NCBI GenBank assembly: GCA_964247055.1
Contig: OZ176054.1
Coordinates: forward strand, 3,968,001-4,032,000
Direction of reading: 5' to 3'
Source of the DNA: Paragordius varius
Lineage: Eukaryota; Animalia; Nematomorpha
Length of the DNA: 64,000 nucleotides
Position numbers and translations under genes: made by a program. Position 1 is the first letter of the stretch; every line of letters starts with the position of its first letter. Of this stretch, positions 13,395-27,915 are shown piece by piece. A model generated the notes under the pieces. The model ran no database searches. It was not told the origin of the DNA and worked only from the letters and a program-made list of their open reading frames with translations.

Positions 13395-16300
13395 TTATTC
13401 CGTTTTAAGCCTTTGACTATACATATACTTTTGATTATCTATCCAAGACTTTTTCACTTGTGCACGCTTTAATTCACCATCCCTGTATTATAAAAAATTT
13501 AAATGCATCAAACTAACAAAAAATCATTCTTTTTTATATAAATATAAGTTTGTCAATTAAATCTCGATCTTTTACAATATTTAACATACGTTTGGGTATT
13601 ACCAATCTAAATCCACTAATCCACCTTGTAATGCAATGGCTGCCTTAACTCGATCAGCAAAATGGTAAGATTCTTCATTCGGCTAGATGCAACATAAAAA
13701 ATGTTTTGCAGTAATATAAGTTTACAAATGACTAATTAACAGGGATGCGAACCTGGTCGAAAAAAGCAAAACCGAAACCGAGGTGGTTCTTAAAAATTTA
13801 TAAATGGAACCAGGGTAGTTCCTAAACTGTTGGTACTGGAACCGGGTCCCAACCTAACAAAATCAGTTCCTATTAAACGGTAATTAATGCATATAAAACG
13901 TTATTAAAGATATTTATTTAAAACAAAGTTTACTAAATTTATAGTTAAATTATATTTAATCTCATGTGGTTCAAATTACCACAGGGATGGAAGTGTAATT
14001 TTGGCATAAGAAAAATGCGATGGCTCTCTATCATGTTAAATTTTTAGAGTTTTTATGTATGTCAAAAATAAATAATAATATTCAATTTATTATTGTGGAT
14101 AATGCACCTGTATATCTCCAAAATCATTTATTATAGTTTTAAAGATAAAATAAAGTTTTTATCACCTTATAATCCCATATAAATCCAATTAAAGAATTTT
14201 TTCAGATTTAGAAAAATAAAGTATCAGCAAAACAATTTCTCAATAAATTTGAATAGAAAAAGGAATTATTTAAGTGTTTAGATATTATTTTAAAAAGATT
14301 TATATATATATTTACATAATAATTTGTCCGTAAGAGATTGTAGATTAAAAAGCGCTTAATAGGAGGCGATGATTAAAATATTTGAATATAGATTACAAAA
14401 TTAGTGACAATCAATAACCCTCATATCGAGTATAAAACATCCTAATTTAACCTATATAAATGAAAAAAAATTGTAAAATATATCAAAATCACTAAAACCA
14501 ATCCATTATTAATTAGTCAATATCATAATATATAATCATATTTCACATTATATTTATGAAAACTTAAAAATATAATTGAAATCATCCAATTCACCTTATT
14601 ACAATCAATGGCTCCAATAAATATTCAAAATACACTATTTTATCCTATATTTGTGAAAAAAATAAAATTATATCAAAATCAATCATGTATTAATAACAAT
14701 TAAATATTATTATATATGGAATCAATCAGCAAAAATTATATAATTTATTATAATATAATATTTCGATTACTACAAGTAATCTTTGTCAAACGTAAAAATA
14801 AAATTAAAATATAAACTAAAATTTAAATTATAAAGTAAAAATATTAATTGAAACTAAAAAAACATGTGTGTATTGTTAATAAGAAACTCATTAACATCTA
14901 TATAATAATGCATTTTTAAAATTACACTTACTATAAAAAAATTTCATTATAAAGTCCATCAACTTCAATACAGATGTGTACCTAAAATTAATTTTCTTTG
15001 CCAGCATTTTACGCTCCAAGCAATTAATAATGTTATTTGCCAATAAAATGTTGACAATTATACTGTATAACAAAATAGTCGCTAAAATTTCTTATTTCTG
15101 TATAAAATTACCATTTAATCACTTAAGTATGGTTATATAAAATCGATTATCCAAGGCTCTATTTTATTTATGATTAATTTAATTTTACCTCAAGTTTCAT
15201 TGGGGGCAAATACCATATATCACAAACTAGGGCCCAAGATGTCATCATCATAAGCAAATATTGCAGGAAGGTTTGTCGACTACTATTCCAAAACGGATCT
15301 CCAAACCTTGGGTCATACTACACAATATCATGATTTATAAAATTTAGTTTGTGCTCAAGAATAAAATTTATGTAGAGCCAAAGATTTTAATTATGATTTA
15401 TTATTTACTTTTATGGCAGCGGGATATATGAGTCCACCAACTTCAAAGCTACCCTTTTTGAACATCATAACGGAAGTGTTGTTAATACATGTCCCTGACA
15501 AGTTAACAAAAATATAAATTCACGGGAAAAAAAATTTGGACAAAATTGGATTATCCAAAAATTTGTTAAAACTTAATCACAAATGTTTTAACGTGCATGC
15601 AAATATAATTATTTAAATTATTAAACTATAATTGAATAGGCCAGGGTAGAAAGGAATAAAAATAATAATAAATACCTTCAGGAAATATCAAAATGGGTAG
15701 TTTATTCAAATCACTAACATGGTCCCTTAAAACATCAAAAACAGCGCGTCTGTCTTGCATCTCAGACCTTTCAAACCAAACATGATGAGTAGAACGGGAC
15801 AAAAGCGTTTGCAAAAATCCGAAAAAGCCTCCATGTCTTTGCCCTATTTAGGAAGATATTAATAAAAATTTATTTATTAATAAAATGATATACGCATATA
15901 AATGGTCATAAAACTGAATTAATTGGTATTTAACAGAATAATTAAAAATTAACATTTGCTTCTTTAAAATTATACTATTTTTGGTTTATACCGGAGAAAT
16001 ATGCAAGCATATACCTAATTTAAAGTAGTAGCAGTTAAATAATATTTTTAATCATATAAGTTAGGTTATGTATGTGCCGAGTTTTTGTTTGCAAATAGGA
16101 TTGATTGTGTATAAATGATAATCGAAAAATCGGAAGCTAACAACGAATTCATTGTAAAATCTTATGCGCATAGGTTTATGGTCTACAGTAAAAACTGGAC
16201 CATCTTTAATTACGTGCTAAAGCTTTGATAGATCATTTAAAAATACATTTTAATGCATACATTAAAATGAAAAGATTATATTGTAGATTTTGAGCATATA

Positions 16301-17911
16301 AAAGGCAAAACATTGGGATAATTTAATTTGATAAAACAATTGAAAAGCTCATTGATTTGAATAATTCTCGCCAAAATTATTCCAATCAACTTATAAACAC
16401 CATCAACAACGATTATTTTTTTAATTATTTATGCATTTGAATGATATAAATTTAAGATATTTACAAATAATTAATCTTTTTTTTTCATAATTAGAATTTT
16501 AAAGTATGACAAATTCATGCTATTATTTCTAAAACTTTATGTTTTATTACCTATAAGAGCATAACAATTATCGCAAGATAGCATAACTACATCGATTGGT
16601 GAGGTGTGATTTGCAACACAAATTCCCCCAGGCTTGGCCATATTTTCTCTAAAAAACAAAAAAAATATCAAAAAAGTCTTTTACATTTTTTTTATTATGG
16701 CAAAATTATAATTTTAAATCAAAAATTTTCATGTAAAAAACATACGGGTTATGGTAAGTTATGATGGCAGTAAGAGATCGTGCCAAAATACGGAAGCACA
16801 TCAACATCGCATGTTTGTAGAGCCACATTTTTAACCTTTAAATTTTGTATAAATTAATATTTTTGAGATAGTTTATATCGAATTCAAAGTTAATGTGGAA
16901 AAATAATATGAAATTTAATTAATAACCGACACCTTTTTGAACGATGCTTATAAATTGAATTCTCGTGTAAAGGATAGATTCCGAATTTAGTAAATAATAC
17001 AATGACAAAAGGCAGAATAGCAATACGATGAGTTTGAAATCAAAAGAAAGAATTACACCATTATCTACATCAGCTCTTATCTCTTACTTTCTATCAACGC
17101 ATGAATTTAGCGTAAATATACTTACCAAACGACGGCTATAAGTCAACACAATTTCACTTAAATTAAATTAGGACATTTCATTTATTTTTTGTGTTGTGAA
17201 AATAAGATAAAAAAACTTAATCCATATTTAATTTTTAAAAAGAATATGCAGAGAAACATAAAAAAATATAATTTACTCTGAGTTTGGAATCATACCAATG
17301 ATAGAAGTAGCAAAGGTAAGCCAAATAATGCCCAATGTAAATAAAAGAACCCTAAAAAATATAAGATGGCTTAAAAATTGAATAAAATATAATGTATCTT
17401 ATTCAAACCATGATTGCTAAATTTATTTTGATAACGTTAATTATAATAAATAAAAACATGGAACCTTTAACATTAGTCAAATAAACGATATCATAAATAT
17501 AAAATATCAAATTTCTTTCTTTATTTTTCAAAACATATATAACCAAAAATTGTGTATGGTATAATTTTATAGAAAACGCACTACTAACAAAGAAAAACGT
17601 AATACCTAATTGGCAAAAGTACGGTGTACCGTATAATAAATCCAATAACCCAAATAGCAGTAAAGGTTGGACTTATATAGTAAAAACTTTTGTTGGTGCG
17701 AGTCAACAAATTCCAGGTTGGAAGTTCTAACAAATGAAAATTTGATTCTTAAAATTTATTCAACAAAAAAAAGATATTAAAACCATAACAATTTTACCTT
17801 CTGCCTGAAAACGTTGAGTGACTTCATCCTCGATGATCGCCTTTAAAAGTATAAAATATATCATTAATTGTAATTATAAAATATTTTATCAAAAAATATA
17901 AAATAATTAAT

Positions 17912-17953
<42 letters not shown>

Positions 17954-18546
17954 CAAATATAGATGCAAAAACTGATAAAAAAGTTTTATATTAGCAGATG
18001 ATATAAGCAATAGAATATACTTCGATTCCATATCGGATGTAATCTATTACATGATATATTTGAAAATCTTCTTTTATGACCGAATATTTGGCAATGGAAT
18101 CATTTTTATTTGCAACATATCCGTTTGAATCTGTCACAAAACCGTTTTCTGCTATACTTGAAATTTTTTTAATTGGAGCTATCGGAATTTGTGGTCCATA
18201 AGTTGAAATATTTTTTTCAATAAGAGAATATTTATTATTGAAAGCTAATATTAATTATATTTTACAATAATTTTTTCTTATAGTCGTATCAGGCTCATCA
18301 TTGTTATTTTTTTGTTCTTCAAGTATGTCTTGCTGGTTTTCATGCTGCATTTGACTGACCGACTAGATATAAAATGTATAACTAAACTTCAAAAAGCTTC
18401 ACCAATATACGTACAAATAATTTACGAAATCCGAATGATTTGTCTGAAGATATGATTATTATAAAGATAAGAAAAAATAAAATAATTGGCAATAGACTGA
18501 TTGCTATTGCCGATGGAAATACATGGGTCGTCAAAATGCCCCCCAT
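13395..18546 (-). CDS. GPAT3/GPAT4: ER glycerol-3-phosphate acyltransferase 3/4, 13 exons, about 485 aa
   Basis: Exons 18388-18546, 18266-18362, 18021-18244, 17798-17840, 17606-17726, 17277-17351, 16746-16835, 16551-16648, 15676-15843, 15409-15494, 15189-15317, 13603-13682, 13395-13482 (1458 nt, in frame, all GT-AG). Motifs VANHTSPID, HVWFERSE, LIFPEGTCINNTSVMMFKKGSFE, GGLVDLDWDG. Confidence 0.95.
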
Positions 18547-18648
18547 CTCAAATCATAAGGTCGGAACTTTTAAAAGTTGAATGCCTGAAAAATATTTATT
18601 ATAAACAGCCGCTTCGATAAAACATCTATTTAAAAATTTACAACGCGG
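18547..18648. promoter_or_regulatory. Putative bidirectional promoter GPAT3/4 - HAP40 (102 bp between ATGs)
   Basis: Divergent ATGs at 18546 (-) and 18649 (+); contains perfect palindrome aacttttaaaagtt (18565-18578). Confidence 0.6.
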
Positions 18649-19685
18649 ATGGAAAAAGTTGATTTCTTTGCAAAATCTGTAGCAATTCAAACCAAATATA
18701 AGAAGTATTCTCTAAACTAAATTAGGCGCCTTTTAAAAAAGACAAAATTTAATCATGCTTCAAAAGAGCTTGGTATTTTTACTTATTAATGTTAGAAACC
18801 TTGGCTGATGATTTGAAAGCACTAACTATCTTTGATTATTCAGCTTTAAATTATCTCCTTAAAGCGAGGTATATAAAAAATCTATTTAGATATGATAATT
18901 CCGATTCCAATTTTTCACAAGAAATTACATCTCTTAGTGAATCAGGACGGTTATTTTTTGAGGAATGCTTAGAATCTAATTATTTTAATCACGATGAATT
19001 GATTTCTGCTGGTATAAATTCATTTTCACACGCTTTAAGGGTATTATTTATAACAATAAACTAGTTAGGAGAAAATAATACAGTATTATGTTCTGCCGAT
19101 CTTTGCGCACAATGTATTAATATGTTGTGGGTATAAAGCATAATATATTTAGTAGGATATGGGTTGTCATAAAGATTCTTATCTCTACGTATTCAAGCTT
19201 ATATGTTACACAAGCGCTATCCCTTCACTGTTGATTACTTCCTTGTTTAAATTGAATCACATATTTATAATATCAGGTAAGCAAAAATTCTAAAATTTTA
19301 GGTGAATATATGTCCTCATATAAATTGAATCAAATGATATATACCCATTCATCAACAGCGGTTAAACAAGAGTATAAAATGCTTAGAAACAATATATTAA
19401 TAACTATTATACTCCTTGAACTCTTATTAGTTTATATTATTGATTAATTTTAGAATATAGAAACAAAGACAAAAATTAATGCCAACAATATGGATTTAAA
19501 TTTATATTTAACTATAAATAATTTAAAAGTTTAATTATGGTAATTTAAAGGTTGCATACGAAGAAAATGATCTTTTATCATTCAAAATTTGCGCGCAACA
19601 AATCGAACCCTTTTTAACGCAAAATCAATTACCAATTGTACAGCGAATATCTCAAATGATAGAAAATGGTATAGTCCTCAATTAA
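18649..19685 (+). CDS. F8A1: Huntingtin-associated protein 40 (HAP40/F8A1) homolog, 9 exons, 283 aa
   Basis: Exons 18649-18704, 18726-18772, 18796-18868, 18890-19040, 19065-19130, 19156-19276, 19302-19429, 19454-19528, 19551-19685 (852 nt, open). N-terminal DFFAKSVAIQTKYKKRLLKK..SLSESGRLF aligns by eye with human HAP40 [29 protein letters not shown]; C-terminal helix also in register. Confidence 0.8.
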
Positions 19686-20020
19686 AAAGCGCTTTATTTA
19701 TCTTACTTTTGTATCAACGGAGTTATCGGAATATTCCGTCGTAAATATAATCATTTTAAATTTTTGACAAAATAAATTATTTATAGAATATGCATTTTAT
19801 TACTATACATATATTTTAATATATCCGAACCAAAGTGGAATGGAAACTGGCCTGGTTTCTAAGAATTTAAAAATAAAACCAGCGTAGATTGTAAATTTTG
19901 GAATTGATTTTCTTAAAACAGTCTGGTTCACTATCAAATAATAACATAAGGTGAGTATATGTCACATAGTAATTATAAAATTAATATAGTTTATGACAAA
20001 CTATCAGGAATGGTTAAGGA

Positions 20021-20541
20021 AAGGGGTGTCCAACATTGGCTTCGCAGGCCGCATTTTAGACGGGCAGCATTGAAAAACAAATGGATAACAATAAATACTT
20101 AATTATTTTTCAATCATGTGAATGTAATTTACGACCACAATATATCTACAAATTATTTTTATTTATTCCCCTGGCAAAATTTGTTAGAATTGTTTACATT
20201 TAAAAACAAGAAGTTAAATTTGCCTTTTAAAAAATTAATTAGTTTATTTTTACGGTTGTTTATAAAAATTTGGATGAATGAAATTTTTACCTTAAGGAAC
20301 TAGTATTTTAAGGGTTTTATGTGGCAATATCAATATTTAACGGCCTTAAAACAATGGTTTACCGGACCTCTGGATAAATCATTATTTAAAAAACTTATTT
20401 TACATTACATTAATAAATAATAAAATTATAACATTTTTAAATTTATAAAATGTTATTATTTGTTTTTAAAAAATTTGCGCGGGCATTTAAATTTTTTGAA
20501 AAACCGCACACGACCCCTAGGCCGTGTGTTGGACGCCCCTA
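20021..20541. mobile_element. hAT-type MITE between HAP40 and GALNT 3' ends
   Basis: TIRs aggggtgtccaaca / tgttggacgcccct. Confidence 0.65.
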
Positions 20542-21090
20542 TTGCAGGATAATCTGATTATTGAAACGCGTATATGGACCATTAATATTTTAAGTTGCAT
20601 CGTCTTTATTCTTTAATGTGCAAAATTTTTTTTTAGTAATTTCCTTGGTTTGTATGAGTCAAAGAGACGCGCGATATGATACAGGTAGTGGATAATTTTG
20701 GTATATATCCAAACTTGTAACTTTATCGTCTTAAAGGGGCATTTTCGCAAATGAATTGCCAAAAGTGAATACATATTTATAATATATATTTATTAAAGTG
20801 CATTCATAGAAAAAATTATTGCTTTGATATATGCGTAATAAATAATAAAAAAGCATATCATACATAACTATGTAAGAAATTGCAAATCACATCGATCGCA
20901 TGTACGTTATAAAATTGGTAAATACATTTGTGTGTGTCTCATTTATATATGTATATTTTGGAACAAAATATTGTATTTACTATAAATAAAATAGAGAAAT
21001 AAAAACAAAATATATGACTAAGTCAAATATATTAACACCAATCAATATTTAAAGTAATATCAAGAAGATAAGAAAATTATTGGAGCATAT

Positions 21091-22118
21091 TTATATAACA
21101 TTTCCATCGATATCATCAGGGGTGGCTTTAGGCACCATGTTAGATGGTGTGTTCCCATATTTGTAATTTTCTATACGCCATTTTTGATTTTTGTTTGAGC
21201 CATTGCATTCACTGACATGGAGGTCTTTTGTGTTAAAATCCATCTCCAAACATTTATCACTGTGATGATGTTTTATGATTTGTTCCTAGTATTTTAATCA
21301 AACAAAGTTTAACTTTTTTTACGATTTTACTGTATACAATGCATATGAAACAACAAAATATTTATAAGTATGTTTGCACTTATAATATAATAATGATTTA
21401 ATAATATTCTCCGAAGCAAACTCAATCAAATGGCTAAAGAAAAATGTAAAACTTAAAAAATACTACATGTGTTTTTTACAATAATCTTAATTAAGATTAA
21501 ACAAGGATGTTAATATAACAACCGATCAATATTTTCTATGAAATTTTGAAATATTTTTTGAACTACTTAAAATTATTTACCTGAGGGTAATAAACCCAAA
21601 ACTGATTGCCACCTTGCCCATGGCAACCATAAATGACAGGGTCACTCCCCGAATAATCCAAACACATATCATCACGACGAATTTCGCCTTCTCTGCTAAG
21701 CATCCAATACTATATAGAAATATTAAGCATTGATATACTTCAATATTTATTTAAGTAAATGTACATATGAAATAATGAAAATTTAAGAATCAAATCAAAT
21801 TGAAATCAAATTAAAATCATTTTTTATTGGCTTGAAATTGTGATATCCTTTAAAATTTTAAAGTAGCAAGGAAAAACCTATCCCCAAATTATTATTTCTA
21901 TACATTTTATCCATAGTTAAAGCCATTTTGTGTAAAATTTCGTGGGTAATGTATTAAAAAATTAGTGCGTAATTGTTATTACCGAATCTCATACTGAGAC
22001 TTCAATAAATTTTTTTAAAAAAACGACTTTAATGCCCGTGGATGTCTAAAAAATAAATTGATTTATTTCGATTTAAGACAGTATGTAAATCATTATTTTT
22101 TATTAAACTTTAGCTAAG

Positions 22119-22154
<36 letters not shown>

Positions 22155-25100
22155 TAAATTATTTTTTGGGTATAAAACATGTGCTAATATACACTTATTT
22201 TCATTTATATTATTATAAAAATTTTGTGAAGATAGATGTAAAAATTTAAAAACAACTAAATTGTCCTTAAAATCGAAGTTTGATAATATTTTTCACTTAT
22301 ATCATTTAATAATGCCCTACTATAATTTGGTTTTTCACTAACTTCTTGGCTTAAAATTTGAGTTTTAAATGGAAAAATACAGTATGAATTTTAATGGTAG
22401 CTTATTTCACACTATAGTAGGGTAATTCGCAACACACATTAGTGTATGGAAAAAACAAAAAATGTTAAAACAATTATTTCCTTCCTTTTTTTCCCCGAAA
22501 TCTACTATGGAGTGAACAAAACAACCTTTAAAATGCATACTGTATGTGGACTTCTGTACCGACTAACACACAAATTTACCTGATAAAATATTTTCTTTTT
22601 TTATAATTTGAATCGATTGCTAAAATAAAAATTAACAAATTAGGGTGGCATAAATGTAGTTTACTTGATTTCCGCCCTGTTTATGGCACTCCCACATTTG
22701 CATAGGTTTATTCAGTGTTTGTCGATTAGCCGCAGAATCCAAACAGAATCTGGACTCGTTACCCAAATTTCGAATCTATATCATTATTGGAAATCATTTA
22801 ATTTTTGTAAATTATAAATTGATGGATTTCTATTTTTTTTGCCTTGGTAATGTTTAAACTGCTAAAGATTATTTAATTTAATATTATACTTTAGTGATAA
22901 AATATTTAATTAATATAAAACAATGGTAAAATAGTTTTAAGCCGAGCGAATGGTAAATTAATTTGTTTTTGAGGATAGCGAATATTATTTAAAATGGATT
23001 TTATATATAATATCTATGTTTCCTTAGGGAAATTAATATGATCTAAAAAAATAATTTAATAATTACAAAATCATACTTCTAAGAACCAAGTATAATAAGT
23101 TGGATATATAGTAAAGATAAATAATGTATGCATTTAACCGGAAAATTTTTATCGTATATAATATGGTAGTAGTGTCATCCATATTTTTGCCGCAAATAGC
23201 CTTTTATGATTATCAGCATAATTTTTGATTGATTTAATTTTAACTATGTGTAAAAATTGTAATAAATTAATCTTTAAATTACCCAAGCTTAACTTAACCA
23301 TTAGTATTTTGAGTAAAAATTAAATGTAGAAAATCTCATACTTCTCCATTCGATAATGCATCACCTGGGACAAAGAGTTCAGGGAAAACGTTGTGTATAT
23401 ACCAACTAAAGTTTTTACATTTCAAATCTTTGCGCAATTTAACACGGGCTGATATATCACCATAGTTACCCTAAATTACAAAAAATTAGATATACGGTAC
23501 GACACATTGACATATAAATGTATACAGAGACATATTTGTTACAAAATATAATACAAATGACATTCGAAATTAAACAGTTAAAACATACAATACAACTAAG
23601 TCTAAACACACCCCCCTTTTAAAGCGTATATGAATAAAATTCAATCTTTTGATAAAATTGTTCCAAAATTATATTAATGAAATCTATTATTGTTGTATAA
23701 ATTGATAAGATACCAATTCATGATTAATACGTTGGAAATAGTAATCAGCATATTCATCAAGCCAAACTAATGCGACACGAACTGAATTCTTTTTCAGGAC
23801 ATTCTCTCCATTTTTCCAGGAGTAAGGACTTCGTTTTCGAAAAATGTGTCCTATGTGAGAACAAGGCAGTATTTCTAATGTACCTCCACACATCCATACC
23901 TAATATACCGTGTTAAAAAAATTAATCATTATAAAATTATTTAAACGTGTTAAGCTTATGTTAAAATTTTAAACGGGATTTTTCAGCAAGTATTGGCTTC
24001 AATACTCAAAGATGTGGAGGTTAGCTCCATTTAATCAAAATAAATGCAATATAAACAAGAAACAATTGGTAAAAATGATTCCCATCAGTTATTTAGGACA
24101 AATCTATAAATAATCATCATATTATGAAAATCGATCGCAATTCTAATTCGTTTGACAACTGAAACTTTAAATTATTACTACCAAATAAAGCCCGTGTAAT
24201 ACATTAATTGAACAGACAAAGTATACCATTAATTAACTTCACTACTCTTAAACAATCAAATTCACCCTTGAACAATTGTAATTCACCCTCAAACAATTCT
24301 GCACTTTCAAATAAACTATATGTATTTTAAGATTAATAACTTATATTTTTTATATATTTTGGAAAATAAAATTATGTTTTAAATTAAAATAATACTGAAA
24401 AAATAAAAAAATATGCCATAAGAATATTTTATATTATTAATAAGTTATAGAGTTCGAAAACACATAATTTATTTTTAGGGTAAATTTGTATTGTTCTGGG
24501 GTGAATTTCAATTGTTTGGTAATATGAATTGTTCAAGGGTGAATTTGAATTGTAAATGGTATAATACGTCATAATATGAAAGTTTAGATTATTTTAAATT
24601 AATCGCGTTACGATGGATTAAATTGTGACAATATAATAAGGATCATACCATCAATTGAAATGTGTGTTTATTTAATTCCTGCTTATTTGTGGTCCATAAA
24701 GTTATATGAAAAAAAGTACTATTGTATAGGATACGGAAATAGAAAAGCGAAAATGTGGCAATATTATAAAAAAAAATCGAATAGCGTTTTGAACTTTTAT
24801 AATATGTTTTTATCCCAATATAAGGGTAAATAAATCAAGTAAAGCATTGTTTAATCAGTATAATTTGCTGATAGGTTAATAAAATGTAATATTTCAGCAC
24901 TAGTTTTTGTGATCATTTTAAAATTAAGGGGCAGTTAATTTTTTGCAATATAAACTAAATTTTTTAAATATATCGTTTTAGCTTACCCTAAAAGATAACT
25001 CCAAATTTTCTCCACCCCAAATGTCCATGGCAGCATCATAAGTGCCTATTTCTTCGAAATATTTGCGACTTATAGAAAACAATCCACCAGCCATCGTTGG

Positions 25101-27878
25101 AGAGCTATAATAAATAATAATTTTTGCTTAGAAGTTCAAAAAAGCCAAATGCAAAAAACTTTAGTTCTTACTAGAGCGGGTCAATGTTGCTTTTCCTCCG
25201 TTTCTTTTCGCGTTCAGGAATGGCATGCCAATTAAACTGCATACTCCAATCGAAACCACCCAGATTGGTCCCCGAAGCACCACTGTAATGGTACTGAAAG
25301 GTTGTGTCATCAATCACATCTATCACGGGACATACAACATGTCGCCTATCTTCTTTAATCCTTTGTAACAACGGTTCGGCCCAACCTACATTGTCATATT
25401 TGGGAACATGTTGGTTGAATTATTTGTTTCACCATATAACGTCATTTTTTTGTTTAAAAAGTTTGCTCATAGTAAATAAAAATTTGCATTTAATATTAAA
25501 TTATTTGCTGAATTCTGAATCATATTGAATCATATGGTAAACCGTGGGCAAAATTTATAATAATGTTAACAATGTAATAAAAAATGGTCCGTTTAGATAT
25601 GTGCCCTACCTTATCTTCCTAAATCAAATCCAAATTATGTTTTGTATAAAACTATAGAAATATAGACTAATCTGGTTAACATAAGTTTATTTTAAAAAAA
25701 TTTAAAAATGTATACGAATCATCTACCTAGTGAATATTTTATATAATTCAAAATTTAGCCATTTCGACCTTTGTTTTTTCCTTTTAAGCACATATATTAA
25801 TTGATAATTTTAAGATATATAATAAAATAAAATGTTTATTTTCTCGTAATTAATAATATTGTTGTACTTATAAATTTCAAGATTATCAAAATTTTAATCT
25901 CACACAAATTTACATTAATGGTTTCGCTAATAAAATAGCAAAGAAAAAAGTAGTAAACTAACCTTGAGCACATTCAATGTGTGAATCCAAGAAAGTGATG
26001 ACATCCCCCTTGGCATGTTTAGCGCCCAACAAACGAGCTCTGATAAGGCCTTCACGCCGATTAGTTCGAACAACTCTGGCCTTACCCAATTTCGCTAAAT
26101 AATCTTCAAGTCTTGTTTTTAAGTGGTCTATTATGATAGATTTAAATCAGTTAATAGTTTTAAAAAATTTCTTGGAATTGCACGTACAAAAAAATATGTC
26201 AAAAGAATGCATAAGATAGCAAATAAATGATATACAAGTAGCCCCTGTGCTGTAATAATAAGCTTTCAAGCGCCTCTAACAGAGGTGGCCAACATGCAAC
26301 CCTCCGAGATTTTGTGTGCGGCCCGCGAAAAATTTGAATCCATAATTTGCAAACATGATCGTAAAAATCTTAGTAAAATTAATACTTCTTGGACAATTTA
26401 GTTCGTTTTCTTTTTGCAGTCTTATGGAATTTATATAAATTTATAAATGCTCATATTTAAATGGCGAAGCCATTTGTGTTGGTCACCCCCGGTTTATAGA
26501 TTAATATCTGGCTTTTGAATTTGTATTTGTTATATTATTGCAGAGAGCCCTAATTTGGATACCTTTTGACTATATAGGTTGAGGGGATTTTAAGTCATTA
26601 TAAAGCAAACATAAAACAATTGATCATTGGTATTTTTTGTAGAATATACTACATATATATTTAAAAAAAGGATCAAACATATTTTTTTAAATTTTGAATT
26701 GTAATATATCACCCTTTAATTTTCGTTGACTGTAGTTTTAAGGTAGAGATAAAAAAATTATATATAAATACCGCTTATATAATTATGAGTATGACAAATA
26801 CACAAAATGAAAATTTATAAAGGTGAGAAATGGACCAATGACAAAAAGAGACAAAATTGTCACAAAGCTAACTAAATTAAATGTAACTTAACTTTTTATC
26901 CTTAAATGTATCATTTAAAATGTTTTTTTATTAAAAATAAATATAAAGGCACGAAAAATGAAAAACCTGAATAAACAGTAAAAAAATCAATTATCAACAC
27001 AACATATAAACCAAATATCCAATAATTATTTTATTACCAAAAAATTAAGTTATAAAGGTTTTGTTTTGATTAACAAAAAAATATAAAGATATAACATTTT
27101 ATTTTAATATTTAGCCGTAAGATTCATGATAAAAAATCAAGAAATTTGTAGAAATATTTTATTATATAAATATACTTTGACAACTATAAAACCCCAAATT
27201 TTTGGGACAACTTGATATAAGAAATGTTTGAACTCTTAACCTTTCTCATTAAATATTATCATACATCACACAAATTTTAAAATACGAACGGTTTTCAAAT
27301 GATTCGAAACTACATTTTTCCAGTCTAATCAAAATAAACTTTGTAATTTTTCTACGATATTCGGACATGTGAAACGAGGTCAATTAATATTTATAAATAT
27401 CCATATATATATATATATATATATATATATCAAAATAAATTTTATATTTCGATAAATACTCTTGCAACAAGAGTACAGTAGCGTATGGCATAAAACAATA
27501 TTAGTCCAAAGAATTTTTTTTTAAATAATAAGGGGATATTATGGACATGTGTATGTTCAACTAGGGTTATTTTTTTAAAAAAAACATTTTTTATATTCTT
27601 TTATAAACTAATATTGTTTTATGCCATACGCTACTGTATAACATTTTTCACCTAAAAGTATGGAAAAAATTGATATTCTGTCCAAAATATCAAAATGCAT
27701 TATTGTAATATGTGTTCTCAAAAGCATGATTGGAGTCAAACGATTATTAAACCGGGTATAAAAACGGCCTGAAATATGAAAAAATGATTACAACTAATTG
27801 AACTTGAGTGGAGTATTAATATATAAAAAAACTATTAAAAATTGTACAAATTTTCAATTAATATTTATCATTTTGCTA

Positions 27879-27915
<37 letters not shown>

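Noticed and set aside
18819-18836. Other CTGATGA/TCATCAG hits (about 18820, 21115, 37777, 52995) as hammerheads or C/D snoRNAs
   Set aside because: No stem II, GAAA, NUH arrangement or paired D box; three lie in coding exons.
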